Of a stretch of 43,803 bases of DNA, positions 1-10,900 are shown in pieces (position 1 is the first letter of the stretch; the number at the start of each line of letters is the position of its first letter). This DNA is from Halocafeteria seosinensis. Taxonomy: Eukaryota. The notes under the pieces were generated by a model, which saw only the letters and a list, made by a program, of their open reading frames with translations, had not been told where the DNA came from and ran no database searches. The position numbers were made by a program, and so were the translations under genes. The stretch spans positions 1-43,803 of the forward strand of contig LVLI01000710.1 in NCBI GenBank assembly GCA_001687465.1. The letters are read 5' to 3'.

Positions 1-919
1 GTTCAAAGTGCTGCCATTGCATTGCTATCCTTGTTTGGAAACAAGCAATTGTGGAAACTTCGGCTTCCTAGGCACTATAGTGGGCTAGATGCTTCGTACA
101 ATTTTAGAAACTTACCGCAGACCGACTACTTGGAGCGGAGGCTCCCGAACGAGAGTTATCTTGCACAAGTAGGAAACGTATTACTAATGGATGACCAAGA
201 AAAAACCACGCTTCAGTTAACTCGAGGAATATGCTCCTATTTACTGTGTGAAGAAACCGTATGATGGGTTATAATTAAAACTTAATGCATGTGGCATTGT
301 GTGGGAGCAAATTAAAATCTGCTCGGGGACTGTAGCCGGCATACTACTTCCGAGGGATCACTCCACCAAGGAACCCATTTCTAAGTTCTGTCGTCGACGT
401 CGGAGTTCCGTTCTTTGGGTATCCACTTCGGTCACCGTACGGGGTAAAGGCAATAGATTAAGAGCATTGCGTCCCATGCCTCCTTTCCTTTTGGACCTGT
501 AACAGTGGAGTGCGGCTGAAATAAGTTGCTCAACCTTTCGTTCATATGCCTGTATAGCTTCAAACTCCAGGACATTCATCTCTCCTGATGAAAATCTCTG
601 CTGATCAATGTCGAGTTTGTGCGGCAGACTCCATCGGGCGCGCAGCCATTCGATGCCGTTGCAGACACTTTCCAACCTGGATGTATCTTTCTATAATACG
701 GAGTTGTACGCCGCGAGCGAAAGACCCAGTGTGGTTATGCTGTCACAAAGACTGGCATGGTATCGCAGATTGAGGAGTATTCGGCACTTGTGGGCAGCGC
801 ATGGTTCGCATCGTTTCGCGTTAAATAGACGGGGACGGGGATTTAGTAGTCCACGGTATGCAGACTTGCTTTGGAGAAGATTCTGAACGTCAAAAAGCCA
901 TGATAATAATAATGAGACT

Positions 920-1380
920 ATGGCTGCTGGATTTATGTTCTACACGCTTCCGGTGAGGAGGATCGTGGAAGTTGACGTGGAGAACGACGAATGTCTTGTC
1001 GAATGGGTGGGACACCCGATCAGCGTAGACTTCACATGGCAGTCCGCGGAGGGCCTACAGTACGTCTGGACTTTGGGGTTGAAGGATTCGAGCAATACAT
1101 GCAGGAGTATAGGAGCAGGAAGGCCAAGCGACTTGTCCACTTCGACGAGGAGAACGATTTGTGCCTTGTAGAGTGGAAGGGAAACCTGAGCAGCGAAGAC
1201 TTCACTTGGCACGCGGCGGATGATCTACGGCTGGACTTTGGGGTTGTAGGGTTCGAGAAGCACATGCAGGACTTTAGGAGCAGAGCAACAACACCAGGAA
1301 CGGGAGAGACTGACGAGGTAACCGCAGAAGATGAAGGCCTGGTGGCGAATAGCGAGCCCACTCCGGAGAAGCGTGGTTAA
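920..1380 (+). pseudogene. Tandem double-chromodomain protein gene, frameshifted by a 5-nt insertion
   Basis: ORF 920-1171 and ORF 991-1380 each carry a chromodomain-like core (CLVEWVGHPISVDFTW and CLVEWKGNLSSEDFTW). Deleting CAGTA (1058-1062) gives one 151-aa ORF with two 55-aa repeats. Repeat 1 then reads LRLDFGVEGFEQYMQEYRSR and repeat 2 reads LRLDFGVVGFEKHMQDFRSR. Confidence 0.75.
1056..1062. mobile_element. Probable Tc1/mariner-type excision footprint (TA-CAG-TA)
   Basis: Comparison with the second internal repeat (cta cgg ctg gac) implies an ancestral cta cgt ctg gac. The extra bases are CAG plus a duplicated TA, the known Sleeping Beauty-type footprint. Confidence 0.65.
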
Positions 1381-1805
1381 ACGTGATCGGGATTCACATT
1401 GTATAATTGTCGTCATCGCTGTCTTCCTCGGAAGAATTGGCTCTGTCACGGCTCGAAGACATCTGATTACCACAATACTTTGCAACCTTGTAAATGCACA
1501 CTTAGTCGATACATGCGGTGGAGTACTCCGGGGACACCGCGCTTCAGGATAAAGGAAATGGTCCTAAACCCTTCCAGAGATGTCTCTACTGTATGGTAAT
1601 AATACTGTACAGTGCAATAATAATAAAACCCCCTCACTATAAGCCTAAGGTAATAGCATAGAAAATGATGTACCAGACAGAGAAATCATTTTCTATTGTA
1701 TCCACAATGGAGAATGTAACGTATGAGTCACCAGTAATGGGTGATTAATGAAATAGATCCCCCAACTACATTTCCACTTAGCCGGTAGACAATAAATAAT
1801 ACACA

Positions 1806-1823
1806 CTACTACTACTACTACTA
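1806..1823 (+). repeat. (CTA)6 microsatellite
   Basis: ctactactactactacta read directly from the sequence. Confidence 0.9.
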
Positions 1824-1966
1824 CAATATGTATGAAATATGGTGGGCTGTGTTCTTTTCTAGGGAGCGAATACACGTAGGTAGTCGGTTACCGGGTACGT
1901 GTCAGCTGCTCGCCCGGTCGCGGTAACTGGGAGCTATAGCCTTCATTGTGATACTACCCTTGTGCA

Positions 1967-3256
1967 CTAGTTTCTCTCCTCTGCCGATCCTGATTTGCGC
2001 TGTAGAGCGTCCTTGAATTTCTTTGAAGTATCGTTTGGTTCCTCAGCCACGTCACCACCACTCGATGCTGAAGCAGCTGAACCTGAACGACCACTTGAAG
2101 ATATTACAGTTGCAATATCGTGGTAGTTGTCGAAAGGCCAGTCAGGGTACTCGGAGGGTAGAAGCAGCCAGAAGTCTTTACCATCTTTCTTGCCCACGTT
2201 TACTTTGCCGTCGACCACCTCCAACTCATGCTTGCGCTTCTGGAAAGCATATTTGGCATGATTCACGAGTACCCTCCGCCAAGGTTTACGCCCCGCCTTG
2301 AAAAAACTTAGCTCTTTCAAATGTAAATCGGGATTCGCCTCGCGGTCGGTTCTATTCATAACAACGCTGTAAAACGTATCACCTAGGAATTCCCACAAGA
2401 ACGTCAGTTGCTTCTTATCAAACATCTCTTCAACCCTCTTTGCAAGAATTAACGCGTTTTTCTCATTGTTAATATCATTCTTACGGAGTCCCATCCCGAG
2501 TAAGAACTTCGGAGCGCAAAAAGGGCTCAGGTGAGCGGCCCTCAGACTATGTAAGTCACCGGTTAACTGACAACAGACAGGATGTTCTCTTGCTTTCTTA
2601 CGTTTTGCACCACACCATCGTGTTTTCAGCTTCCCGAAATAATACTCCTCAACTTTATCGCGAAAATGTTTGTCTCGGTTGATTGTTTGCCCTGCCACGG
2701 ACCACGCGTCGCCGTCAGTAACACCTGCCAGCTGTTGCACCTTTTGGATTAAATTTTCTGGTAGTACAGACTCGTCTTTCTCGTCTACACAAATGTTGCT
2801 AATTAAACCAATCAGGTTTGACTGCAAATCGTCCAGTTCATAAGAGGCAAAATACGAGACAGTGGTTTTCCTGTTCGACCACCCCTTCATCTTCTCTCTT
2901 GCTTTCTTCTCTTCATTACCCAGGAACAAGCGTTTCAGTTTTCCTTGTCTGAAGTACTCTAGGGCCTCGGCATCTTCAGCCAAAAAGCAGGCCACAATGA
3001 GGCGTTTTCGCAGCGCTTCAAGGTTTGCCTCAGCCTCCTCGCGCGCATCACCCCTCGGCTGGTCAATGCACTTCCCTACATACTCTTCCAACCATTCTAC
3101 CCCCTGAATTCCACCAAACTCAAGGCATTCATCAATACGTGCATTAAGCTCGCCTTTCCTTCCCTCTTTAATGCGACAACGTCCAATGAAGTAGTTCTTG
3201 TTTTCCTGAAGCGCTACAACCAACTTTGGTAAAGGGACAGGTGTCTCAGCAGCCAT
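1967..3256 (-). CDS. Intronless HNH-endonuclease domain protein (HNH_2 / Crinkler-like HNH effector type), ~429 aa
   Basis: Long intact ORF, first ATG at 3256. The motif CCQLTG..LRAAHLSP..DINNEKNALILAKRVEEMFDKKQLTF..PWRRVLVNHA matches the HNH_2 pattern C.lTG..aAHi.P..N.l.L....FD. The N-terminal half is unrecognised. Confidence 0.8.
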   Translation of the reverse strand: MAAETPVPLPKLVVALQENKNYFIGRCRIKEGRKGELNARIDECLEFGGIQGVEWLEEYVGKCIDQPRGDAREEAEANLEALRKRLIVACFLAEDAEALEYFRQGKLKRLFLGNEEKKAREKMKGWSNRKTTVSYFASYELDDLQSNLIGLISNICVDEKDESVLPENLIQKVQQLAGVTDGDAWSVAGQTINRDKHFRDKVEEYYFGKLKTRWCGAKRKKAREHPVCCQLTGDLHSLRAAHLSPFCAPKFLLGMGLRKNDINNEKNALILAKRVEEMFDKKQLTFLWEFLGDTFYSVVMNRTDREANPDLHLKELSFFKAGRKPWRRVLVNHAKYAFQKRKHELEVVDGKVNVGKKDGKDFWLLLPSEYPDWPFDNYHDIATVISSSGRSGSAASASSGGDVAEEPNDTSKKFKDALQRKSGSAEERN

Positions 3257-3793
3257 TTTTGACACACGACTACCGTTACTATGTATAGTACAAGGAACGT
3301 CCTTTGTTTCTCTCCCTTGATTACTTCAACTCAGTCCATTTGAGAGTCAAAGTCAAACAAATCGAGAGAGACGACGGCTTCTGGGAGTGGCACTTCGGCC
3401 CGAAGACTCTCGAAGTTCGGTGTGTGTATTCAACTCCAACTTAGGGTTCCATGTTGGTTGTACGTCGAGGTTCCTGGATGAATCAGAATGATACGGTAGG
3501 TTTATCTCATTTACTAATAAAGGATAAATAGATACATGGATAGAACCACTGCTGTATGGCGGCCAACCAAGTGCAACAGCAGCCGGGAGGTCTGAAAATC
3601 TCCAAGAGAGTGCAAGACGACGTATGGGTGCATTCTACATCATCTATTTTTTTCATTTTTCTCTTTGGGGTATAGGTATAGGCATGTAAATTGCAGGTCA
3701 CATGCTAGGCCCCAGGTAAACTGACTTCATGCCATGCAGCTCTCACACTCTGTCTGTGTGTTTCTTAATGACTCTGTTTTATGTGCCCTGCAG

Positions 3794-4343
3794 CGAAAAG
3801 AAATTAAACCAATTTGTCACTGGGGCTATTCGTGGGACATTCAACGGATTCAGGACTTACTGGCTCATTGGCTTGATTCCTCAAGGACGGTGCGATATAC
3901 TGTAAAGGGAAGTTGATCACCCCCGCACGTAAACGACCGCGTAAGAAAGGGTGTATCATGATGATGTCGAAGTGCACCTGAGGCGATTGAGAATCTTTGA
4001 GCATGTTGCCCGCCATGGCAAAGAAGCCACTCGAGAAGAACTGAAGAAGACTACGGCTCCTACGCCACTTGAGCATGCTGCTGTGGAAGGAGGGTTTTAT
4101 GGATGCGACGGTGTCGTGTCTTATTGCCATGAGGTAATCGGAATATTAAGCCACCGATTTACTAAGTAAGCGTGTGTATGGCTGTGGTGGAAGTTGGATG
4201 GGAAGACAATCCCCGGTATTCATCCGACCCCGCAGAAGAACCACTTGGAATATTTAGTGGCATGGAAAGGAGTATCACCGGCTAACTCGTCGTGGATTCA
4301 TGCTTGTAACATGAAGACTCGCTCTAGATGCGTACCGAATTGA
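3794..4343 (+). pseudogene. Degenerate spliced gene ending in a chromodomain
   Basis: ORF 3951-4133 spliced through a phase-0 GT-AG intron (4134-4235) gives FYGCDGVVSYCHE|KNHLEYLVAWKGVSPANSSWIHACNM, matching chromodomain Y.V..i...EYLVKWKG...sW. The upstream part needs frameshifts (one at TACTGTA 3898-3904, another near 3950). The 5' end is uncertain. Confidence 0.55.
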
Positions 4344-5230
4344 TTGATTATTCATTTCTTGGTAACCGACATTTACAAACCATTATATCGTGTGTGTGCT
4401 GTTTCGGTCTCTCCTCTTCGTCGTCGAATGACAACATCGTAACTGCCTCATCAGCGTTTACTGTATATCCATGATAAGAACGACTTCTCTCGGCAGAACC
4501 TCGCCCCTCCACAGAACACATAGGCAATATTAACTTCACACTTACATTCCACATGATTCTATACTTGATTATTCACCTTAACATTCCATATGTTTTGTAA
4601 TCCGCCCCACTGGATGCTTGTTTGTGCAATCATTCAGCCAAAGGTTCCTCTGCGTCTGGGTAGGGAGCGCTGCTTGTATGTCGCACCTGTAACAAACACG
4701 GGTGTAAAAGGTAGATTATAAGGCGTATAATATAAATAAGGAAAAAGTTGAATGAACGGATTGTCATACTTTCGTCTTTGTGACTAATCCCATTTCTCAG
4801 CGACGTCCCTGTGTGAAGTTTGGTATGAGGCCACGGTGCTTGGCCGGTCTACTGTCCCTAATACATGATATATTAACCATGAAAATAGAAGTATTTAAGT
4901 TTCTCCGTAGAACTCACATGCAGAACAAAACTTGATTTATTGAACCCAAACACAGTGCAATCGACTTGCACTTTAAGCCGAAAATGTTGTGTACCGGATT
5001 CTTGAAGGTCATCGATATACAGCATGTAGATCCCCTACAGGCAATGGGGCGGGCTAGTTTGCCCGTCTGCAGCGTTTTCTCCCCGCGTCGCTCGCGCCGA
5101 CGCCGGGCAAGCCGAAAAAGTCATGTACCGTCACAAAGCTTTATCATACGTCATACAGACAATGGTTGCACATGCACAGGGGTTGAGAGCGTAAACGTAG
5201 TCGGTAGGGTGTATAGCGTGTGTCTGAAAA

Positions 5231-7075
5231 ATGTCGCAACCGGAGGAAAGGTTTAGAATCTGCAGCTACAATGTTGCCTCGGTGCGTGCGAACACTCCTT
5301 GCCGTCCTTTGGGGCTATATGATACCGTGAGGACGTCGTGTGTACGACTCCGTTATACGTATGCTGGTTCCTGCAGCTAAGGACGGTGGCGAGCCAAGCG
5401 GACCATCACTATGGGAGTCTGGGCAAATGGCTGCAACATATTGGAGCCGATATTGCATGCTTCCAGGTGAGTGAGTTTGTACAAGGCAATGGTAACATTT
5501 AAGATACATGGGCTACAACTGAGAGAAAAATGGCACGGTTGCAGGAAATCAAGTTGACCGACAAGAATTTAGATAAAAGTCTAGCTCTTGCCGATGGATA
5601 TGAAACTTTCTGGGCACTCAGCAACACACGCAAAGGTACATGCGTCAACCGGGAAGTGTAGTTCTCACCAGCAACAACTCGTTTGCCACCACAGGTTATA
5701 GCGGTGTCGCTACATTCGTTCGAGACGGTAAATATTCTCCTATAGATGCCAAGAAGCAAATGTTTGGTAGGCGGGAACTCAGTGTTGGAAGGGCTGATCA
5801 CCCTCTGAAAGAGGCAGGTTGTGGATGTTACAATGTGCAGAGGAAGAGAGTTTTAACGAGGAAGGCCGCTGTCTTCTAACCGATCATGGAGAGTTCGCTG
5901 TATTTAATGTCTATGTTCCCAATGGTAAGATCAACGCTCAGACTACCACTCCGTCGGTACTGCTACTATGGCTACTACCTCGTGCAGCGGGAGAGCGACC
6001 AGCAAGAGAGAGGCTTCCATACAAACTGCGATTCTTGAGAGAATTACGCTCCAGAATGGACGAATATCTGTCGAAAGTTAGTCTTTCTTAGAATAAACTA
6101 AGTGTATTGCTGCCCTAATAAAGATGGGTAGTACCGATTTGTTTCCAGGGAAAACACGTGGTATTGGCGGGCGACCTTAACGTCGCACATTTGGAATATG
6201 ATGTCTCCCAGAGAATTCGCAGAGAGAATCCAGAATGGCACGGATACAGTGAAGATGAGATACGCTGGTTTGATGACCTGGTCGGATACGGTGGAGATAC
6301 TATTATTTCGTCGAAGCAATGGGTGGAGGGTAATCCCAACCCTTCAGAAACTAATGCGTTGGTTGATAATACCAATGGAAAGTTCGTAGACACGTATAGG
6401 GCTCAAAATAGAAGAAAAATTGAGGTGTTTACCTGCTGGGATCAACGACGGAATCATCGAGCTATCAATGACGGTAGGTGACTGAGTGTGAGTTGAAGAA
6501 CTCGCGATTGTGCGTCAAGCAACTGTATGGTATCTACAGGAGTTCGAATCGACTATATAATAACTAGCAAAGAGTTCTATAAGAAATACGTGTTGGAAAA
6601 TTCAGCAACAATTCATAATACTCCAGGCTCCTGGTCAGATCATGTCATGATCTCTGTGGACTGCCTTCCTCCTCCAGCTCCAGAAGAACATGCTCCCTGT
6701 GCTCTGTCAAGTAAACGCGACCCACGGTTCAAGCCAATGGGTCGAAGTCTCTTTAATTATTTTGGAGCATCTTCGAAGTCCAAATCACCGAAAACTGAAC
6801 CTTCTTCCAAAGAGTCACCCAGTTGCAACAGAGGTGCAGTGGGCACATCTGCTGCAACAGCAAGCACTGGAGCGCAAACAGCGTCCTTTTCCTCGAGCAC
6901 GAGGGAACCGTGTTCCACCCAGGTGAGTGGACCACTCTCTACTTTCTTGGCGTCAGCATCTAACGGCAGCACTGGGAAACGGCACCGGCACCACCAAGTA
7001 GAGGAATCAGTTGACTCTCCTGCGAGTCATGATCCCAGAAAGGAGCGGAAGTTGGATTCCACAGTCACTAAATGA
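5231..7075 (+). CDS. APEX2: ExoIII-family AP endonuclease, APE2/Apn2-like (multi-exon)
   Basis: Spliced motifs ICSYNVAS, DIACFQE, GYSGVATF, EEGRCLLTDH, NVYVPN, RLPYKLRF, GDLNVAH, FTCWDQ, RIDYI and SDH. A PIP-box-like RSLFNYF follows the catalytic domain. Seven GT-AG introns. Confidence 0.9.
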
Positions 7076-7148
7076 CACATTTCAGTTCAATATTTTGTAT
7101 TGTTGTAGGCAACCATCTTTACTGAAAGCGAAGGACAACCCTAATACC

Positions 7149-8808
7149 ATGAGTGCTGCGTCGTCATCAAAAAAGGTCCTGTACGATGTTACGGTCTATG
7201 GAGCGACCGGATACACGGGGAGATTGATCGCATCGTATCTGGCCCAGCGCACGACGCCATCCAAGCGTCAGACGATTGCTCTAGCCGGGAGGTCCGTTTC
7301 CAAGCTAGAAGCACTACGAGTAAGTGAACTTTGACGCCCTGTGTGTCGTCCAAATTGACGGAGCATGGTACTTGAGCGAGCGCAGACTAAAGTGAATCGC
7401 CCGGATTTCGCCGTTGCGGCTGCTGATTTGGGGAATCAAGAGGATATTGATGCACTGGTAGCTCAGAGCAGGTGTGTGCATTGACGCTGAAGATACTTCC
7501 CATCTTCCTGTGAATTCTGGTGAGCGTCTGTCTCTGTCAGAGTGGTAATTGCGGCGGCTGGACCTTTTGCCGTATGTGGTGAACCCTTGGTGAGTGCTTG
7601 TGCCCGCAACGGAACCGATTACGTCGATATCACAGGTGAGAAAGATAGATACTGCCGCTCTAACGCACTCAATGAGATTGACTTTGTGGCCTTTTTTGGC
7701 TGGCAGGCGAGGCACCTTGGGTAGGACAAATGATCGAACGCTACGGGGAGACAGCTCGAAAAAGCGGAAGTATATTAGTCCCCATGGCAGGTTTCGATTC
7801 AGTGCCTTCCGATCTTTCCTGCTTTCTGGCAGTGAATCATGCAAAGAGTGCGTTGGGAACAGCGCCACATTCGGTTTGTTCACACTACGTCTTACGAGGT
7901 GGTGGTGCAAGTGGCGGCACGTTGCGCTCTATCTTCAATCTTACGAGGGACAACGAGATGCGCAAGCGCATACGTGACACTTTGTCTTTGTGTCGAAACG
8001 GTATGGTGTATGATCACTCCAAGGGAAGAATGCTCGAAGACAACGAGATCCAGTCCTCTGTGAAGAAGGTGTCCGATGCTGTCAAACCGGGATATTCTGG
8101 TGATGTTCAGGCGTATGTGGCTCCGTTCTTGATGGCTGGAGCGAATACGAGGGTAGTCCGTAGAAGCGTTGCTCTCTCGGCCATCTCGAACCAACGCTAT
8201 TCTCCATCGGACGTTCCCTTCTCCTATAGCGAAGTGATGCTTGCAAAATCATGGCTGCAATCGTGTGTCATCACGTTTGTTACTTACTTCGCTATGATGC
8301 TGTTTATGGTACCTGGTTTTAGCCGCTTAGGTTTCTGGCTGGCTCCCCCATCCGGAGATGTAAGTCTGTTGAGCAAATTATATACCACGCATCCATTGTG
8401 CACGTTGATTGTGTGATATGAACCTGTTTCCTGTTCACCCAGGGTCCTTCTGAAGAAAAGCGTGAACACGCAAAGTGGTCAGTGACGAGTGTCGCTCAGG
8501 CGGCGGCAGAGAAAAAGGTAAAGTTCTATCTATATACATGCTAAGAACATCGGCACCAGAGTGGATTATGATATGCACTACCATTGCAGGCTATCGTGAA
8601 TGTGACTTGTGGCATGGATGCCTACGACTTTACCGCCATAAGTATATCCGAGTGTGCCTTGCTTCTTGCTACAAACCGCGAACAACTTCCAGGAACGCGT
8701 TTATACGGAGGAAGTGGGTTTCTCACTCCAATGACGGCGTTCGGCGACCAATTAGTAAAAGCACTCGAAGAACATGCCGAATTGAAAATTTCAAGAAATA
8801 CCACTTAA
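7149..8808 (+). CDS. SCCPDH: Saccharopine dehydrogenase-like oxidoreductase (multi-exon)
   Basis: Rossmann motif YDVTVYGATGYTG, IALAGRS, AAGPFAVCGEPLVSACARNGTDYVDITGE, GFDSVPSDL, SGGTL, PFLMAGANTRVVRRS and C-terminal GFLTPMTAFGDQL. Confidence 0.9.
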
Positions 8809-9078
8809 GGAAACTAGGCGTGGCCGTGCATGCTAGTTGGTCGAATATCCAAGCACACGAGACCATCGTTCTTTGTCATAAATGATTTCCATGTATTATT
8901 CGTAGTTGTATGGTACTAATCGAAACGAAATTCAAAACCACAGATTTTGCGTATATTTGGGCCGGTAGGATTCCAACGTTGAAGTACGAGAATACCACTG
9001 TACGACCATGCTCCGAATCCATGAGGATTGTTGCGCTCTTTCTTTCCTTTTCCATTGCGACAGGAAGGGAGGTAGACG

Positions 9079-10157
9079 ATGAGTGCTGCAGCGCAAAGCA
9101 CCAGCAACGGTAGTTCTGCTTGTGGAGGGGTAGCGGGACATAAACGCCTTCGAGACAGCAGTCAGGGCAGCCACTCATCCAGCGTGGAATCGCATCAGCA
9201 CCGTCATAAAGAGTACGTGAGTGAACCACTCCTTTCCAACCCAAGAATAGATGGATGACTTGGTCGGCTAAGTGTCTGCAGGATTTATAAAGCTCTGAAG
9301 AGCGAAACTGATGGGTTCTTGCCGAAATGGTTTCGAGAGTATGTGACTTGGAAACAGGGGAGCACGTGGAATGCTTGAACTCTGGTTTGGTGGGGCCTGC
9401 AGGGAGAGGGACAAAGAAACATACGAATTGGAAGTACGGTTCCCCGATGTCGATAAGCGTATTTTCGAAACGGTATTGAACCAGCTACGACGGAACCCCG
9501 TAAGCATTAAGCCTGTGAACATTCTGGTTGGATTGCATTGCATGACAAAACAGTTGGTATCCAGCAGCACTGGTCAAGTCAATTTGTCACCGAATCAACT
9601 GATAAGTTCTTTAGCAAACGTAAGCGAGCCACGTTCGAGGAAGGCAAGGATCCCGTGATTATCACGAAGGAAAGAGTGTATGGAGCTGAGGACGTTCTGG
9701 TTCACTCCCTGGATCGCGTCGTCCGGTTTAGTTTGCAAAATGAACGAATGCAAAATCTCGATGGGGATGAAGGTGAGCCAAACCTCGTTCGTAAGAAGAC
9801 AAGATATACATTTGTTCACAAAGTAAGTACTAAACTGAGCGGCGACAAGGGCCGGAGAAGCATTCCTTTCCATCCACTTAGAATCCAGGATGAGATCAAG
9901 TATGAACTCACTCGAGTCGGAACCTCGGGCAGTTCTCAGCACGATGAGACAAATGGGGATTCTACACACGAAGTAAGTCCAGAAGTGGTTAAACCAAGCA
10001 GTTTGAGTTGTCGATCTCTTCCTTACATGGATGGATGCAGATAGAGTTGGAGTGGTGCGGTAAATATAAGAATTATGACGTCGAAATGTGCGTTCAGAAA
10101 CTGCTCTTCAAAGTGGCAGACATGCTTTTGATGATTCAAGACGTGGGGAGAAAGTGA
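9079..10157 (+). CDS. CYTH/triphosphate-tunnel metalloenzyme, probable RNA 5'-triphosphatase (Cet1-like), ~250 aa, 6 exons
   Basis: Exons ~9079-9212, 9282-9338, 9403-9499, 9565-9822, 9889-9972 and 10041-10157 join in frame. TTM motifs ELEVRF, RFSLQNE, RKKTRYTF, ELTRV and HE|IELE. Confidence 0.75.
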
Positions 10158-10900
10158 AATAGGGTGTCACCGTATGCCAAGTTTCCTATAGGATCTTAGT
10201 CCAACTTAATGAGTATCCTAACCTTTTGAGCCCAGACAATCCCGCTGCAAATGCGTCCTGGCTAGCGCTCTACAACAATTCGAAGCATTGAAACCACCCT
10301 ATTATTGTCGACAACGTTAGATTTCTGGGTTCAAAGACATCAATGCTGAGTGTAGCAGAACAACATGTAGCTTGTGCTGACAGGCGATAGTAGTAGAATG
10401 TTACCAAGTAGAGCGGTAGAGAAACCTGGGTAAAAAGCCCTTTGACCCCTTGGGAATTACATACACAGTATGTGCGTACGCAACCTCTTTGCTGAAGTTA
10501 AACTTTGATCTTTATTTTGTAGTCTGGAAGTTAGCCTAGTTACGGCTATCTTGGCCTATCTATTGGCGGCCAATGAAGGCTGTCCCCGAAAGGCCTGAGG
10601 CGTAGCCCTCACGAGTATTCAGGCTGACTGTTGAAGCTGTGTTGCATAACAGCGTGCGCATCATGGCAAGCGCCGTATTAACTCTATTTCGTGTTCGTCG
10701 AGCTTCATACGTTTCTTACACAACACTACACAGCTGCTGCTGCGACGCTTGCCTTGTGAACCAGGTTGTGATTCAAGTTGTGAAGATCCCGAAATGGCGC
10801 CTTGTTGAAGCGTCCTAATGGTTACCAGTTAGCGCTTGCTTCGGCACTTGTGGATCGGATTTTTTCTGCCATTGCTGACTCCAGATTATTACTCCTATAG

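Noticed and set aside
22..886. Several 60-105 aa ORFs on both strands
   Set aside because: No recognisable motifs or consistent splice model. They may be decayed coding DNA but cannot be supported.
4348..4554. Minus-strand ORF that reads more protein-like if the scar at 4459-4465 is removed
   Set aside because: No family motif and no internal control. Counted only in the heptamer tally.
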